Notes under the pieces: generated by a model
Database searches by the model: none
What the model saw: the letters and a program-made list of their open reading frames with translations, nothing else
What the model was told of the DNA's origin: nothing
Assembly (NCBI GenBank): GCA_951828235.1
Contig: OX639965.1
Coordinates: 598,323-662,322, forward strand
Direction of reading: 5' to 3'
DNA: 64,000 nucleotides
From: an uncultured Gammaproteobacteria bacterium
GTDB lineage: Bacteria; Pseudomonadota; Gammaproteobacteria; Steroidobacterales; Foliamicaceae
Shown: positions 36,491 through 46,779 of the stretch, piece after piece
Layout of the letters: every line of letters begins with the position of its first letter
How positions within the stretch are numbered: the first letter of the stretch is position 1
Program-made: the position numbers and the translations under genes

Positions 36491-36510
36491 ATTCGAGGGC
36501 CGGCCTGCGG

Positions 36511-37893
36511 TCAGGTCTTCCAGTGCTCGGCGCGGCGCAGGCTTTCGCGGAAGGGCCGGATGCCCGCGCTGAGGATGCCGGCGGCCATCACGCCGGCGAC
36601 ACAGCCCACAATCGACATCGAATACTTGAGGTCGGCGGGGTTTCCGAAGCCCCGTTCCGTGATCAGCGCCACCGCGGTGGGACCCAGCCCGATACCGATC
36701 AGGTTGACCGGGAACAGGTACATCAGCGCGGAGACCTGCCCGCGCAATTCGTTGGGCGTGATCTGCTGAATGGAGGCCACCGCGATGCCCCAGGGCGCGG
36801 CGGACAGAAAGACCATCGGCGCCATCAGCAACAGTGCCGAGGAAGGCGTGTTCGCCAGGGGAAACAGCGTGGCAGGCAGGACCGCACAGGAAGCGCAGAC
36901 CGCGGCGGTGCGAAAGGTCGCCGTGCGCCGGCCGCGCGCCTCAAGATGGTCCGCCAGCCACCCGCCGCAATAGATGCCGATGGCTCCGAATACCAGCAGG
37001 ATCAGACCATAAGCCATGCCTGCATCCACCATCTCCCAACCGTACGTCCGGGTGAGAAACGCAGGCGTCCACAAGGCCATCCCGTTGACCAGCACGCCAA
37101 GGCAACCGTAACCGCCGGCATGACAGAGAAAAGTCCGGCGGTTCTTGTACACGAAGGCGAAGAATTCCCGCACCGGCAGGCTCTGCTTTCCGGCGCCGTG
37201 CCTGTAAAGGCGGTCCCGGCGATAGGGTTCGCGAACGGTCGTCAACAGCGCGAGGAGCAGTATCCCGGGGGCGGCAACCAGGAAAAACGCCATTTGCCAG
37301 GAATGGAACGAGCCGAGCATCGGGATTTCGAAGTCCGGCAGGTCCTCGACGGCGCGCAGCACCCAGGCGCCCACCAGGTAGGAGATGCCGAACCCCATGT
37401 AGGTTCCCATCACGTAGGTGCTGATTCCGCGTGACAGCTTGTCGCGCGGAAAGTAGTCCGTGAGGATCGAATAGGCGGCGGGATTGAGCGCCGCCTCCCC
37501 TACGCCCACTCCCACGCGCGCCAGGAAGAACTGGCCGAAGTTTCGGGCGATTCCGCATATTGCCGTCATCAGGCTCCAGACCGTGATGCCGATCGCGATG
37601 ATGCCGACGCGGTGACGCCTGTCGGCGATGCGGCCGATCGGGAATCCCATCAGGGAATAGAAAAGCGCAAACGCCAGCCCGTGCAGCAGGCTAATCTGGA
37701 CATCGCTGAACCCCATGTCGCGCCGTATCGGTTCGACCAGCAGGGTAAGAATGGAACGGTCCACGTACGAAAGGACGTAGGCCAGCATGAGAACTACGGT
37801 CACGTACCAGTATCGCGCCGGACCGTAGACCGGCGCCACGCCGGCGTCGCCCGTCAACTGACGCTTGCCCGGGGCTGAGGAACGGCCGGTCAC
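36511..37893 (-). CDS. MFS transporter (spinster-like)
   Basis: SYVDRSIL, G.IADR, ARVGVGVGEA, DYFP. Confidence 0.92.
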   Translation of the reverse strand: MTGRSSAPGKRQLTGDAGVAPVYGPARYWYVTVVLMLAYVLSYVDRSILTLLVEPIRRDMGFSDVQISLLHGLAFALFYSLMGFPIGRIADRRHRVGIIAIGITVWSLMTAICGIARNFGQFFLARVGVGVGEAALNPAAYSILTDYFPRDKLSRGISTYVMGTYMGFGISYLVGAWVLRAVEDLPDFEIPMLGSFHSWQMAFFLVAAPGILLLALLTTVREPYRRDRLYRHGAGKQSLPVREFFAFVYKNRRTFLCHAGGYGCLGVLVNGMALWTPAFLTRTYGWEMVDAGMAYGLILLVFGAIGIYCGGWLADHLEARGRRTATFRTAAVCASCAVLPATLFPLANTPSSALLLMAPMVFLSAAPWGIAVASIQQITPNELRGQVSALMYLFPVNLIGIGLGPTAVALITERGFGNPADLKYSMSIVGCVAGVMAAGILSAGIRPFRESLRRAEHWKT

Positions 37894-39560
37894 GACCCCG
37901 CGGCAGCCGCGGCCTCTCGCGGCGACAGCCGATAGGCGGTTACGGCCTCTTCCACCGACACGTAGCCATTGCGTAGATCTTCAAGTACCTGTTGCCGGCT
38001 GCGGCGGGCTGGGTTGCCATAGCCCCCTCCGTTACCGGTCACGATTCGCACGACGTCGCCCCTGCGCAACGGGGCATTGTCAAAACCAGCACCGGTTTCC
38101 CGGGTGTGCCCGCGCCGGTCGATCTCCACCCGGTTCTTGGATCCGTCCCCGCCCCCGGCCAGTCCCCACGGCGGAACCGTGCAGCGCGTATATCCGGCGG
38201 TGAGCGATCCGCGGTCCGAGAGCATCTCGTAGTGCAACTCCACGCCCTTGCCGCCACGAAACTCGCCGGCGCCGGAAGGGGCGGAGTTGAGCGCATAACG
38301 CCGCACCCGGATCCCGTTGCGCGACTCGTTGACTTCCACCGGGCAGTTGAAGGTGTCGCCGTGGGAAATGGAGAACTGCGCGCTGTCGCCGTCACGGTCG
38401 TGGCCCGCTCCCCAACCGCCCACCTGCGGTTCCACGAAAGTCTTGTCTTCGCCGCCGGGCGTCCGCGAGCGGATCACGGTCGCGCAGATGGCGGCGAAAT
38501 GGCCCGCCGGAATGCGCTCGGGCATGTGCGGCGCGAGCGTCTTCAGGATCAGGTCCTTGGAACGCATCTTGTTCTCGTAGTAGAGCCCTACCGCCGCGGG
38601 CCGCAGCGCATGAAAGATCGAGCCGGGCCTCGTAAGCACTTTCAGAGGGCGGAAGCAGCCGGCGTTGGCCCAGGGTCCGGGGAGGGTAATGGACTTGAAG
38701 ACCGCCCGGGCGCCCACCAGCGTGGCGTCGCGGGTGCCGTTCACGGGGCCATCGTCCTGGTCCGGGTTTTCGCGCAGATCGATGGTCATCTCACTGCGGC
38801 GTATTCGAATCAGCGCCCTGATTTCCCGGCCGTTATCCAGGCGGTCCGTGCCGCGGAACTCGCCGCGGGGCAGCGCGGCCAGTCCGCTCAGCGCCATGGT
38901 CTCGCCGTAGTCCATGTACGCGCCAATCGCGTCAACCAGCGTGTTTCGCCCGTACTTTCCGCACAGTTCCCGCAGCCTGCGCTCCCCTACCCTCAGCGCC
39001 GCCACGCCGGCCCACAAGTCTCCCAGCGCCTGGTCGGGCAAGCGGCTGTTCGCGCGAATGATCGAAAACACCGCCTCGACCGGACTGCCGGCCTCGAACA
39101 GCTTGAGAGGAGGCAGGATCAGGCCTTCCTGAAAGAGTTCCGTCGCGTTTGGAGACATGGAGCCGGGAGTCATGCCGCCGATGTCGACCCAATGCCCCTT
39201 GTTGGCGGTCCACGCGATCAGCCGGTCGCCGGAGAACACAGGCATGGCGAGCACCACGTCGTTGGCGTGGCTGACGCCGCCCTCATAGGGATCGTTGGCG
39301 ATGAAGATATCGCCTGGGGCGATCGACGGCCGGGGATGCCTGCCCAGGACCGCCTGTACCGCCGGCGCCAGCATTCCAACGAAGCCCGGAATGCCCGCGC
39401 CCACGCTCGCCAGGTTGCCTTCGGCGTCGGTTACGGCAACGCCAAAGTCCAGCACCTCGTAGATCACCGAACTCATGGCGGCGCGCGCCATGGCGGCAAA
39501 CATTTCCTCGGAAATGGCGTTCAGGGAGTCCTGGATGACTTCCTGCGTAAACGAATCCAT
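37890..39560 (-). CDS. Hydantoinase B / oxoprolinase family subunit (copy 2)
   Basis: NDPY.GG.SH.ND, KGHW.DIGG..PGS, FQEG, GGGYGNP. Confidence 0.93.
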   Translation of the reverse strand: MDSFTQEVIQDSLNAISEEMFAAMARAAMSSVIYEVLDFGVAVTDAEGNLASVGAGIPGFVGMLAPAVQAVLGRHPRPSIAPGDIFIANDPYEGGVSHANDVVLAMPVFSGDRLIAWTANKGHWVDIGGMTPGSMSPNATELFQEGLILPPLKLFEAGSPVEAVFSIIRANSRLPDQALGDLWAGVAALRVGERRLRELCGKYGRNTLVDAIGAYMDYGETMALSGLAALPRGEFRGTDRLDNGREIRALIRIRRSEMTIDLRENPDQDDGPVNGTRDATLVGARAVFKSITLPGPWANAGCFRPLKVLTRPGSIFHALRPAAVGLYYENKMRSKDLILKTLAPHMPERIPAGHFAAICATVIRSRTPGGEDKTFVEPQVGGWGAGHDRDGDSAQFSISHGDTFNCPVEVNESRNGIRVRRYALNSAPSGAGEFRGGKGVELHYEMLSDRGSLTAGYTRCTVPPWGLAGGGDGSKNRVEIDRRGHTRETGAGFDNAPLRRGDVVRIVTGNGGGYGNPARRSRQQVLEDLRNGYVSVEEAVTAYRLSPREAAAAAGS

Positions 39561-39605
39561 TTCTCCGGCCGCCGGGCGGCTACCCGTGTGGCCGGCCCGG
39601 CAGGT

Positions 39606-41936
39606 TCAGAAGTTGTAACGGAAATCGACTCTCCAGACCCTCGGCGGGGCCGGATGAACGAAGAGCGGCGTGACGACTTCGGAGTTGTACTCCTTGTCCG
39701 CCGCGTTGTTCACGTACAGAGACGTTGTCCAGTTGGCGCCTTCCACTCCGGCCCGCAGGTTGACCAGGCTCAAGGTGTCCCGCGGATGCGTGTTCTCCGG
39801 CGTCCAGTACTGCTCCCCGCGGCGCTCGTAGTCGGCCCGGGCGAAAAATGTCAACCCGGCGCCCAGATCGAATTGGACCCGGGCGCCGGCGTTGAACGTA
39901 TCCCTGGGGACGTAGGGAAGGTCGTTGCCCACGGTGCCGGGACGCTCCGCGTATGCGGTGATCTCGGCATTGGTCTTGCCGTAGGCGGCATAGAGGTCGA
40001 AGTTTTCAAGCGGCCGCCACGCAGCCTCCAGTTCGAAGCCGTCCAGGTCCGCTTCGTCGATGTCCTCGAAGACCTGCACGAAGGCGAGGCCGTCAAAGGG
40101 AAAATACTGCGTGTTGTCCACCGAAGACGCGAACATGGCCGCGTTGAACCGGAAATTGCCGTAGTTGCCTTTCACGCCGATCTCGAAGGCCGAGTTTTCT
40201 TCCTGCTCGATGAACTCGTTCGCCGTGGCGCTGATGATCCCGATTCCCGGATAGTTGAACTGGCCCGCGCGATACCCGATGCCCCAGCTTCCGTAGACGT
40301 TGATCTCGTCGGTGGCGGCGAACGCCAGCGTGACCTTGGGCTGGAACTTGCTGAACTCGGCCTCCGCGACATCCCGGGAGGGACGGGTGCTGGCCAGCAA
40401 CTCGCTGAAGGTCGCGTAGGCGCCGCAGTTCACGTTGGCCATCTCTCCGGCCGCTCCCGTGCAGGCGCCCGCAGCATAAGGATGATTCACGCCGGACGCG
40501 TCGGCCTGACTGTACACCCGCCCCGCCGTGTTGTACGGGTTCACAAGCTGTTCGCGGTTTTCCCGGTCATAACGCCCGGCCACGTCGATCGTGAACCGAT
40601 CGCTCATTGCCCATTCCACGCTGCCGAACACGGCCTGGGCATAGCTGTCCTCGACGAAGGAAAGGAAGGAGCCGGGGTCCACGCCGGTCGGGTTGGTGCT
40701 GTCCTCAAATTCGGGCACATCGATGACGCGGAGGTTTCCCTGGCCCTTGTCGATTCCCGATACGGTGGAGCGCAACCGCTCCCACGAAAGGTAATAGCCG
40801 CCGAACTGCCAGCTCAGCGGGCCGTCCGAATTGGATTTGAACCGGATTTCCTGGCTCCAGCCGTCCACGTCCACGAAGGAATGCTGCGTGCCGTCGAAGT
40901 ACGAAAGGTACGGCGCGCGGTCGGCCACCGAAGAGGTCTGGAGCTCATCGTAGGTGGTAACGGACTTGACGTCCGCGAAATCGAATGAAGCGTCGACCTT
41001 CACCGAGAAACTGGAAGCATCGCGGGTTCCGCGGTCGGGATTGTTGGCCACGTACGGCAATCCGGTCAGGTTGGCGCCTTCGCTGACGACCTGGTCAACG
41101 GTAACGCCCAGCTCCTCGGCCGTACCCAGGAAGACCCCGAAAATCTCGAACTGGGCGGCGCCCGGCCAGTGAAAGCCGATCCCCTTGCCGGAGTGTTTGG
41201 AAACCTGCCCCTTGAGGTCAACGGATATCGTGTCGCTGGGCGACCAGGAAAGCCGGGCGCGGAGCGTGCGGTCCTCGTACGGGTCCACGTCCTCATCGCG
41301 GGTCACGTTGCGGAAATAGCCGTCCCGGTTGACCACCCGGCCGGACAGGCGGAAGGCCGCGTTCTTGCTGATGGGGCCGCTGTAGGAACCTTCCACGCCG
41401 ACTTCGTTCGCCGTACCGTAGCTCAGCTTCACATGGCCCTCGGGCTCTTCGCTGGGCGGCTTGGTCGTAACGATGATCGCGCCGTTGGAGGCGTTGCGGC
41501 CGTAGAGGGCGCCCTGGGGGCCCTTGGCCACTTCGATCTGCTGCGTGTCGAACACCTGGCCGATGAACTGGCGCGCGTTGACGATCAGCACGTCGTCCAC
41601 GACAACCGCAACGGGCAATTCGCCGTTGCGCACGCGGCTCAGGCCCCGCACTGTCAGGAAGGAAGTCCCGATGGTCTGCGACTCGGCCAGGGTCACGTTG
41701 GGAATGAACTGGATGTAGTCCGCGGTCTGTGTAACGCCGGCGTCCTCCAGTTGCGCCTCGGTCATGGCGTTTACCGTGATCGGCGCGTCCTGTATGTTCT
41801 CGGAAACCTTGCGGGCGGTAACGACAATTTCTTCCAGCATGGCCTGTGCCGCCGCCTGCTGCGACAGCGCCATTGCAAGCGCCAGAGTCACGCCCAACCC
41901 AAGCGCGCCTCGAAAGGAAAGTGCGAAGTTCTTCAT
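39606..41936 (-). CDS. TonB-dependent receptor
   Basis: Signal peptide, LEEIVVTARK, IEVAKGPQGALYGRNA, terminal YNF; GGAGGAG RBS. Confidence 0.95.
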   Translation of the reverse strand: MKNFALSFRGALGLGVTLALAMALSQQAAAQAMLEEIVVTARKVSENIQDAPITVNAMTEAQLEDAGVTQTADYIQFIPNVTLAESQTIGTSFLTVRGLSRVRNGELPVAVVVDDVLIVNARQFIGQVFDTQQIEVAKGPQGALYGRNASNGAIIVTTKPPSEEPEGHVKLSYGTANEVGVEGSYSGPISKNAAFRLSGRVVNRDGYFRNVTRDEDVDPYEDRTLRARLSWSPSDTISVDLKGQVSKHSGKGIGFHWPGAAQFEIFGVFLGTAEELGVTVDQVVSEGANLTGLPYVANNPDRGTRDASSFSVKVDASFDFADVKSVTTYDELQTSSVADRAPYLSYFDGTQHSFVDVDGWSQEIRFKSNSDGPLSWQFGGYYLSWERLRSTVSGIDKGQGNLRVIDVPEFEDSTNPTGVDPGSFLSFVEDSYAQAVFGSVEWAMSDRFTIDVAGRYDRENREQLVNPYNTAGRVYSQADASGVNHPYAAGACTGAAGEMANVNCGAYATFSELLASTRPSRDVAEAEFSKFQPKVTLAFAATDEINVYGSWGIGYRAGQFNYPGIGIISATANEFIEQEENSAFEIGVKGNYGNFRFNAAMFASSVDNTQYFPFDGLAFVQVFEDIDEADLDGFELEAAWRPLENFDLYAAYGKTNAEITAYAERPGTVGNDLPYVPRDTFNAGARVQFDLGAGLTFFARADYERRGEQYWTPENTHPRDTLSLVNLRAGVEGANWTTSLYVNNAADKEYNSEVVTPLFVHPAPPRVWRVDFRYNF

Positions 41937-42111
41937 GATGGAGCTCCTCCGGCCGTCAGGTTCGAGACGACGAAACTGGTCGAAGCGCTCTGCTCGGCAA
42001 CCCCGTTCCAGACTCATCGCCACGTTGCTTTCAGGCAAAACAGTAGCCGCCGAAATGGGGGTTGCCAACTACTCGGAAGTGTAGTCTTGGAGCCCCTCGA
42101 GGCCTGTTGGG

Positions 42112-42942
42112 TCATTCCGCCGGAACCTTGATCAGGTTGCCGAATTCGTAGTCCCCGCGAAAGATTCCGAACCGCTCAAGTTCGCTCTCCGGCGGCGGCT
42201 CCATGCCCCACACACGGCTGTTTGTCCAGCCGATTCGCTTTTGCCAGGCGGCGCTTTCCGCTGCCTTCAGCGCTGCGATGGAGCAATCGATGACCGGCAC
42301 GTTGGCGGAAAACCGTTTCTGCAGAAACTCCTGCAGTTCCGCAAAGAAACCCACTTCCAGGGTGCAGCCCAGGATGATGGACTCCGCCTTGCTTTCTTCA
42401 ATGGCGCGCACCGCTGCGAGCTCGAGCTGATTCCTGGTTTCCGTTGGATTGCGGTGGAACTCTTCCACCCGAAGCCCGGCAGTCTCGAAAGACGCAAGCT
42501 TCGTTCCATAGCCATACTCATGCACAGCCTGCCTCATCTGGTCTTCCCACTTGGTGCGCCCGATGATGATCGAAAAGTTGTTGGCGACGTTCAAGGCTGC
42601 CGTAATCGACGCCTGGCAGGGCCCGACGATGGCTGTCTCGCCGGAAATTTCCCGCGCATCCAACACCGCCGGATCATAGAAACATCCGATGGCCATGGCA
42701 TCGAACCCGTCCAGGGCCGCTTGTCTCGCCGCCTTGACCGTGTCCGCCACGATCAGCGACTCGTAGGCGCGATACTCCAGGTTGTTCATTTCCGGAGCGA
42801 CCGAATCCGGATTCAGGGAAGCGATATACACCTCGGTGTCCGGGCACCTGTATTTGCGTGCCATGTCCGCGAAGACTTCGTCGTAGGCCGACATTCCTAT
42901 CGGATTGAGATACATCACCTTGGTTCGGGCATTCATGGGCAC
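42112..42942 (-). CDS. Asp/Glu/hydantoin racemase family protein
   Basis: IGCFYDP and ILGCT catalytic cysteines, VPVID. Confidence 0.9.
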   Translation of the reverse strand: MPMNARTKVMYLNPIGMSAYDEVFADMARKYRCPDTEVYIASLNPDSVAPEMNNLEYRAYESLIVADTVKAARQAALDGFDAMAIGCFYDPAVLDAREISGETAIVGPCQASITAALNVANNFSIIIGRTKWEDQMRQAVHEYGYGTKLASFETAGLRVEEFHRNPTETRNQLELAAVRAIEESKAESIILGCTLEVGFFAELQEFLQKRFSANVPVIDCSIAALKAAESAAWQKRIGWTNSRVWGMEPPPESELERFGIFRGDYEFGNLIKVPAE

Positions 42943-43084
42943 TGTTGAACTCCTGCGGCCGAAAAAAAATCCTACCGGCTCGCGGTAGCCAGAGAACCCG
43001 CTCGAAAGAGTAGTTTTGCGGGCGTTTCCTGCCCGCTACGCTAGCGAGGCATTCGCCAGGCAGTGACCTGCCGTGCGGCAGAAC

Positions 43085-44365
43085 ATGAAAACGGACCCAA
43101 TACCTGCAAACGACTACACGCGCAGCCGGGTACCCGACCACGCCACGATCGGCGGCTTCCGGATCGCGGTCGTAGTGTTCGGGATCGGCGTAACCCTCCC
43201 CATCTTCTACATCGGATCGGAAATCAGCCTGGCGCTCGGTTTGCGCCAGGCAACGCTTGCCCTGTTCGGCGGATGCGCGATCGTGGGCCTGATGATGATT
43301 GTTACGTCGATCATCGGCGCGCGCACCCGATTGTCGACCTACATGATCATTCAATTCTCGTTCGGCCGCGGCCTGGTCCGCTTTCTGGTCAATCCGTTGC
43401 TGGCGGTGACCTACGTCGGCTACTTCGCGGCCACCGGCGACATATTCGGCGGGGCCATCCGCGAGGCCATCGACGCGTTCTACGGAATCACGGTACCCAA
43501 GGCCCTGTGCGCCTTTTTCGGCTGCGTGGCCATGAGCCTGACCGCCATGTACGGCTTCCGCTTCATCGAACGGTTCTCCAGCCTGGCGGTGCCGTTACTG
43601 GTGTTGTTCATGCTCTACGTGGTCTATCTCGTGCTGCAGCGCATCGAGTTGCAGGACCTCTGGACCGCCCGGGGAAGCGGTGACATGTCGGTGGGCCTGG
43701 CCATATCGACGGTAATTGGGGCCAATATTCTCATGGCGGTGTCGGGGCCGGACCTGACGCGATACGCACGGTCCGGCCGGGAGGGCGTGAAATCGGTCAC
43801 CGGGCTCGCTGCCGGCTATCCCCTCATCATGCTGGCATCCGGCATTCCAACACTCGCGTTCGCCGAAACCGACATCATGAAGATCATGGTCATCGTGGGC
43901 GTGGCCCTGCCCGCCCTGTTCATCCTGGTCTTTTCGACCTGGACCACGAATACCGTCAACCTGTACTCCGCGGTCCTGACGCTTGCCGCCTCCTTCCGCC
44001 GGTTCTCCGACAAACAGCTGGCGACAATGGCCGGCGCGCTGGGCACGCTCGGCGCGGTGCTGGGCATCATGGACGTTTTTCTGCCCTTCGTGCTGGTTCT
44101 CGGAATTGCCACCACCCCGATTGCCGGCGTCTATATCGCCGATTCCTTCCTCCTAAGCCGCTCGGCCTACAGGCTGGAGCACCTGTCCGCGCGACCCTCC
44201 GTCGGGTATTGCGCCCTGTTCGCATGGATCGCAGGAACCGGAACAGCCGCTGCCGCCAACCAGGGCCTGCTGACGCTGACGACCGTTCCGGCAGCCGACG
44301 GCATGATCACGGCCTTCCTGCTCCACACGGTTCTGGCCCGATGGGTCTTCAGGAAAAAGCGCTAA
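43085..44365 (+). CDS. Cytosine permease / NCS1-family transporter (copy 2)
   Basis: FSFG, PDLTRYA, WTTN..NLYS; multiple TM segments. Confidence 0.9.
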   Translation: MKTDPIPANDYTRSRVPDHATIGGFRIAVVVFGIGVTLPIFYIGSEISLALGLRQATLALFGGCAIVGLMMIVTSIIGARTRLSTYMIIQFSFGRGLVRFLVNPLLAVTYVGYFAATGDIFGGAIREAIDAFYGITVPKALCAFFGCVAMSLTAMYGFRFIERFSSLAVPLLVLFMLYVVYLVLQRIELQDLWTARGSGDMSVGLAISTVIGANILMAVSGPDLTRYARSGREGVKSVTGLAAGYPLIMLASGIPTLAFAETDIMKIMVIVGVALPALFILVFSTWTTNTVNLYSAVLTLAASFRRFSDKQLATMAGALGTLGAVLGIMDVFLPFVLVLGIATTPIAGVYIADSFLLSRSAYRLEHLSARPSVGYCALFAWIAGTGTAAAANQGLLTLTTVPAADGMITAFLLHTVLARWVFRKKR

Positions 44366-45657
44366 CGGGCGAGCCGGTCCTCCAGCCCCTCGAAGGCAAG
44401 GCCGTTCAGGAACTGGCGGCGCCACAGTAGCCGGCGGTCGGCGATGCCGAGCGCCGCTTCGTCGCAGACGGCCTCCCAGTTGTCGGAAATGGCGGTGATC
44501 TGGCGGCTCATGATCGCCAGCGCGCGGTCCTCGGAAAGCAGGAACTTGGGCGCGGCAGCCAGACACAACGACAACTGCGCGCGCCGTTCCTGGCCGTGGA
44601 TGCGCATGGCCTGCGAGGCTTCGCGTCCTGTCCTGGGTTGCGGGCAGATGTCGTAGGCCGGCGTGAGCGCCAGGCGGCTGCCGTCCCAGAAGGCCGCGTG
44701 GTTGCGGGCGTGATCGTCGGTGTTGCCGCTCAGGATATTGAACGTCATGCGCGAGAACAGTTCCGCGAGGGTTTCTCTCGGCGCGATCGCCCGCGCACGC
44801 AGGATGTCGGCGAGATACTCATAGGAGGCGTAGGCCGCCAGGCGTTCGTCCAGACCGAACAGGGTAAGCGCCGACACCATGGCGCGCCGCGTGACCCCCT
44901 CTTCCGTGTGGTCCCGGTCAAAGCGCTGCACCAGAAGCACGTCCTTGTCCATGCAACGGGTCAGCCGCACAGGCGCCACGTCGAGTCCCGCCAGGCTGGC
45001 CAGGCGCATGGCAACGAATTCCGCTTTTACGAGGTTGTAGGGGAGCGAGGTCGGATACAGGAACTTGGCGATGTACTGCTTGTTTCCCTCCCGGATTTGC
45101 GCCTTCGGCATCGCGCCTCCGATGGACGTGCCATGCAGCAGCGCGTCGGCCAGATCCGGTGACAGGGGCAGACCGCGTTCAACGCGCTCGGCCGCCGTGA
45201 GCAGTTGTTCAAGCGATGCCGGCGAAGCCTCGCGGGGCGCGTATTCGCTCGGAGAAGGTTGAAAGTCCAGCGCCCCTATCCGGTCGGAGCCGGACAGGAG
45301 CAGAAAGGTGAGTTCGCCGAGATCGTCCGGTTGGTCCCCGCGCATCCCCCCGCGGCCGGCGAAGAGCCGATAGGCAATGACGCGCCGCCCCCAGGCGTCC
45401 GGCGCCGCGTCACGCAGGGCGCCGGCGATCTCAATAGGCGGTTCGGGCCGTATCGGTCCGCGCCGCAGGGGCAATTCGGGAACATAGATGGGAATCGCGC
45501 CTTCCCGCTCCAGGTACGAGCGACCATACGTAAAGGCAAAGTGATCATCTCGTGCGCGAATACGCCCGGCAACCACGGGCACGGTCCGGCCGGGCAGCCA
45601 GATCCAGACGAACGCCTCGCGCGGCCGGACGATTTCAGGCTCAGAAGTCATCGTCAA
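44362..45657 (-). CDS. HipA-family kinase toxin (second module)
   Basis: RDAAPDAWG, DRIGALDF, SIGGAMPK, RFDR, NTDDHARNH, TPAYD. Confidence 0.92.
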   Translation of the reverse strand: MTMTSEPEIVRPREAFVWIWLPGRTVPVVAGRIRARDDHFAFTYGRSYLEREGAIPIYVPELPLRRGPIRPEPPIEIAGALRDAAPDAWGRRVIAYRLFAGRGGMRGDQPDDLGELTFLLLSGSDRIGALDFQPSPSEYAPREASPASLEQLLTAAERVERGLPLSPDLADALLHGTSIGGAMPKAQIREGNKQYIAKFLYPTSLPYNLVKAEFVAMRLASLAGLDVAPVRLTRCMDKDVLLVQRFDRDHTEEGVTRRAMVSALTLFGLDERLAAYASYEYLADILRARAIAPRETLAELFSRMTFNILSGNTDDHARNHAAFWDGSRLALTPAYDICPQPRTGREASQAMRIHGQERRAQLSLCLAAAPKFLLSEDRALAIMSRQITAISDNWEAVCDEAALGIADRRLLWRRQFLNGLAFEGLEDRLAR

Positions 45658-45982
45658 AGTCCGCCTCTGACGCCGGTTTGCGAATCGACCCCGGCATCAA
45701 CGCGAGCTTGTCGTCGGTTCGCTCCAACTGGGGCGCCAGCGTTGTGGCCTCCGGGACGAACAGGTCCACTCCGGTGATCGTGGCGGCCTCAAACACGAGG
45801 CCCACGGCCACTGAGGGAGTGCCTTTCTCGATGAGCTGCATGGTGCTGCGCGCCACGCCGATACGCGACGCCAGGTCCTGCTCGGACATGCGCCGGCGCT
45901 TCCGGGCCAACCGGATCCGCTTACCCAGAAGAAGCAGCGCTTGTTCGGTAAGGTGCGAATAGCTGCGCGGTATATGGGGCAT
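45641..45982 (-). CDS. XRE HTH antitoxin
   Basis: IRLARK.R.MS...LA.R.GV.R.T...IEKG.P. Confidence 0.85.
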   Translation of the reverse strand: MPHIPRSYSHLTEQALLLLGKRIRLARKRRRMSEQDLASRIGVARSTMQLIEKGTPSVAVGLVFEAATITGVDLFVPEATTLAPQLERTDDKLALMPGSIRKPASEADFDDDF

Positions 45983-46133
45983 TGTGGGAATAGAATGACT
46001 GTAAAACCGGTCATCAGTATAGCTTATGATTGATTTATCGGTCATTTATGGGTCCGAGGAATTGCAATGTGACAGGACCCGAGCCGGCTCTTGGTTTACG
46101 ATTGGACGTGAGAACATCTGCAAGGGGAAAATT

Positions 46134-46769
46134 GTGGGCTCAACTGTGTTTGCGTCGCTGCGGGCGACTCTTTTATTGGGGGTGGCATTGACCATGACAG
46201 CACTTGACATAGACTCGGCCCGAGCGGCCGAGCAGGACGAAATCGCCGCCATCGAGGCCTTCATTCACGAAACCGCGGAGGTCTGGAACACGCAGGACTT
46301 CCGAAAGGTGCTGGACCTTTGGGATCAGGACGAAGAGGCGCCTTTCTACCTGGCCGAGGAACAGGAACGCTGGTTCATCGGCTGGGAGCCGCTCAGGGCC
46401 TATCTGGCTCCGCCCTTGCCGAACCCGGTGCTGGAAGCCCTGCGCGAGGAGATGTATGACATTTCGGTCAAGCTCATCGCCGATGATCTCGCCATTGTCG
46501 TTTGGTACATGCATTTCGAAATGAAGATGCGAGGCAGGCTCCCCCTGGGAGAGGAGATCCGGATGAGCGCGGTCCTTCGCAAGAAGCCGGAAGGATGGCG
46601 GTATATCCATTGGGCCGAGTCGCCCCTGACGCCCGGGGCCTATCTTGACCGGCTCAGGCAGAAGGAGGTGGATTACGAGAAATTCAATCCCCTGCTTGAG
46701 CGCGGGCGTGCGGTAAGGGAAGCCTGGACGGCCGAGGCTGCGGAACAGGCCGCAAGCGACGGACCCTGA
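46134..46769 (+). CDS. SnoaL/NTF2-like protein, probably exported (start uncertain)
   Basis: Hydrophobic leader, WN..D, R.SAVLRK..EGWR.IH..ES. Confidence 0.7.
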   Translation: MGSTVFASLRATLLLGVALTMTALDIDSARAAEQDEIAAIEAFIHETAEVWNTQDFRKVLDLWDQDEEAPFYLAEEQERWFIGWEPLRAYLAPPLPNPVLEALREEMYDISVKLIADDLAIVVWYMHFEMKMRGRLPLGEEIRMSAVLRKKPEGWRYIHWAESPLTPGAYLDRLRQKEVDYEKFNPLLERGRAVREAWTAEAAEQAASDGP

Positions 46770-46779
46770 TCCGCGCGCG

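Noticed and set aside
37992-40988. 998-aa plus-strand ORF and other long antisense ORFs (439-2037, 28662-30866, 30775-32460, 51080-53215, 55900-57588)
   Set aside because: Shadow frames opposite well-supported genes in high-GC DNA; no recognisable motifs
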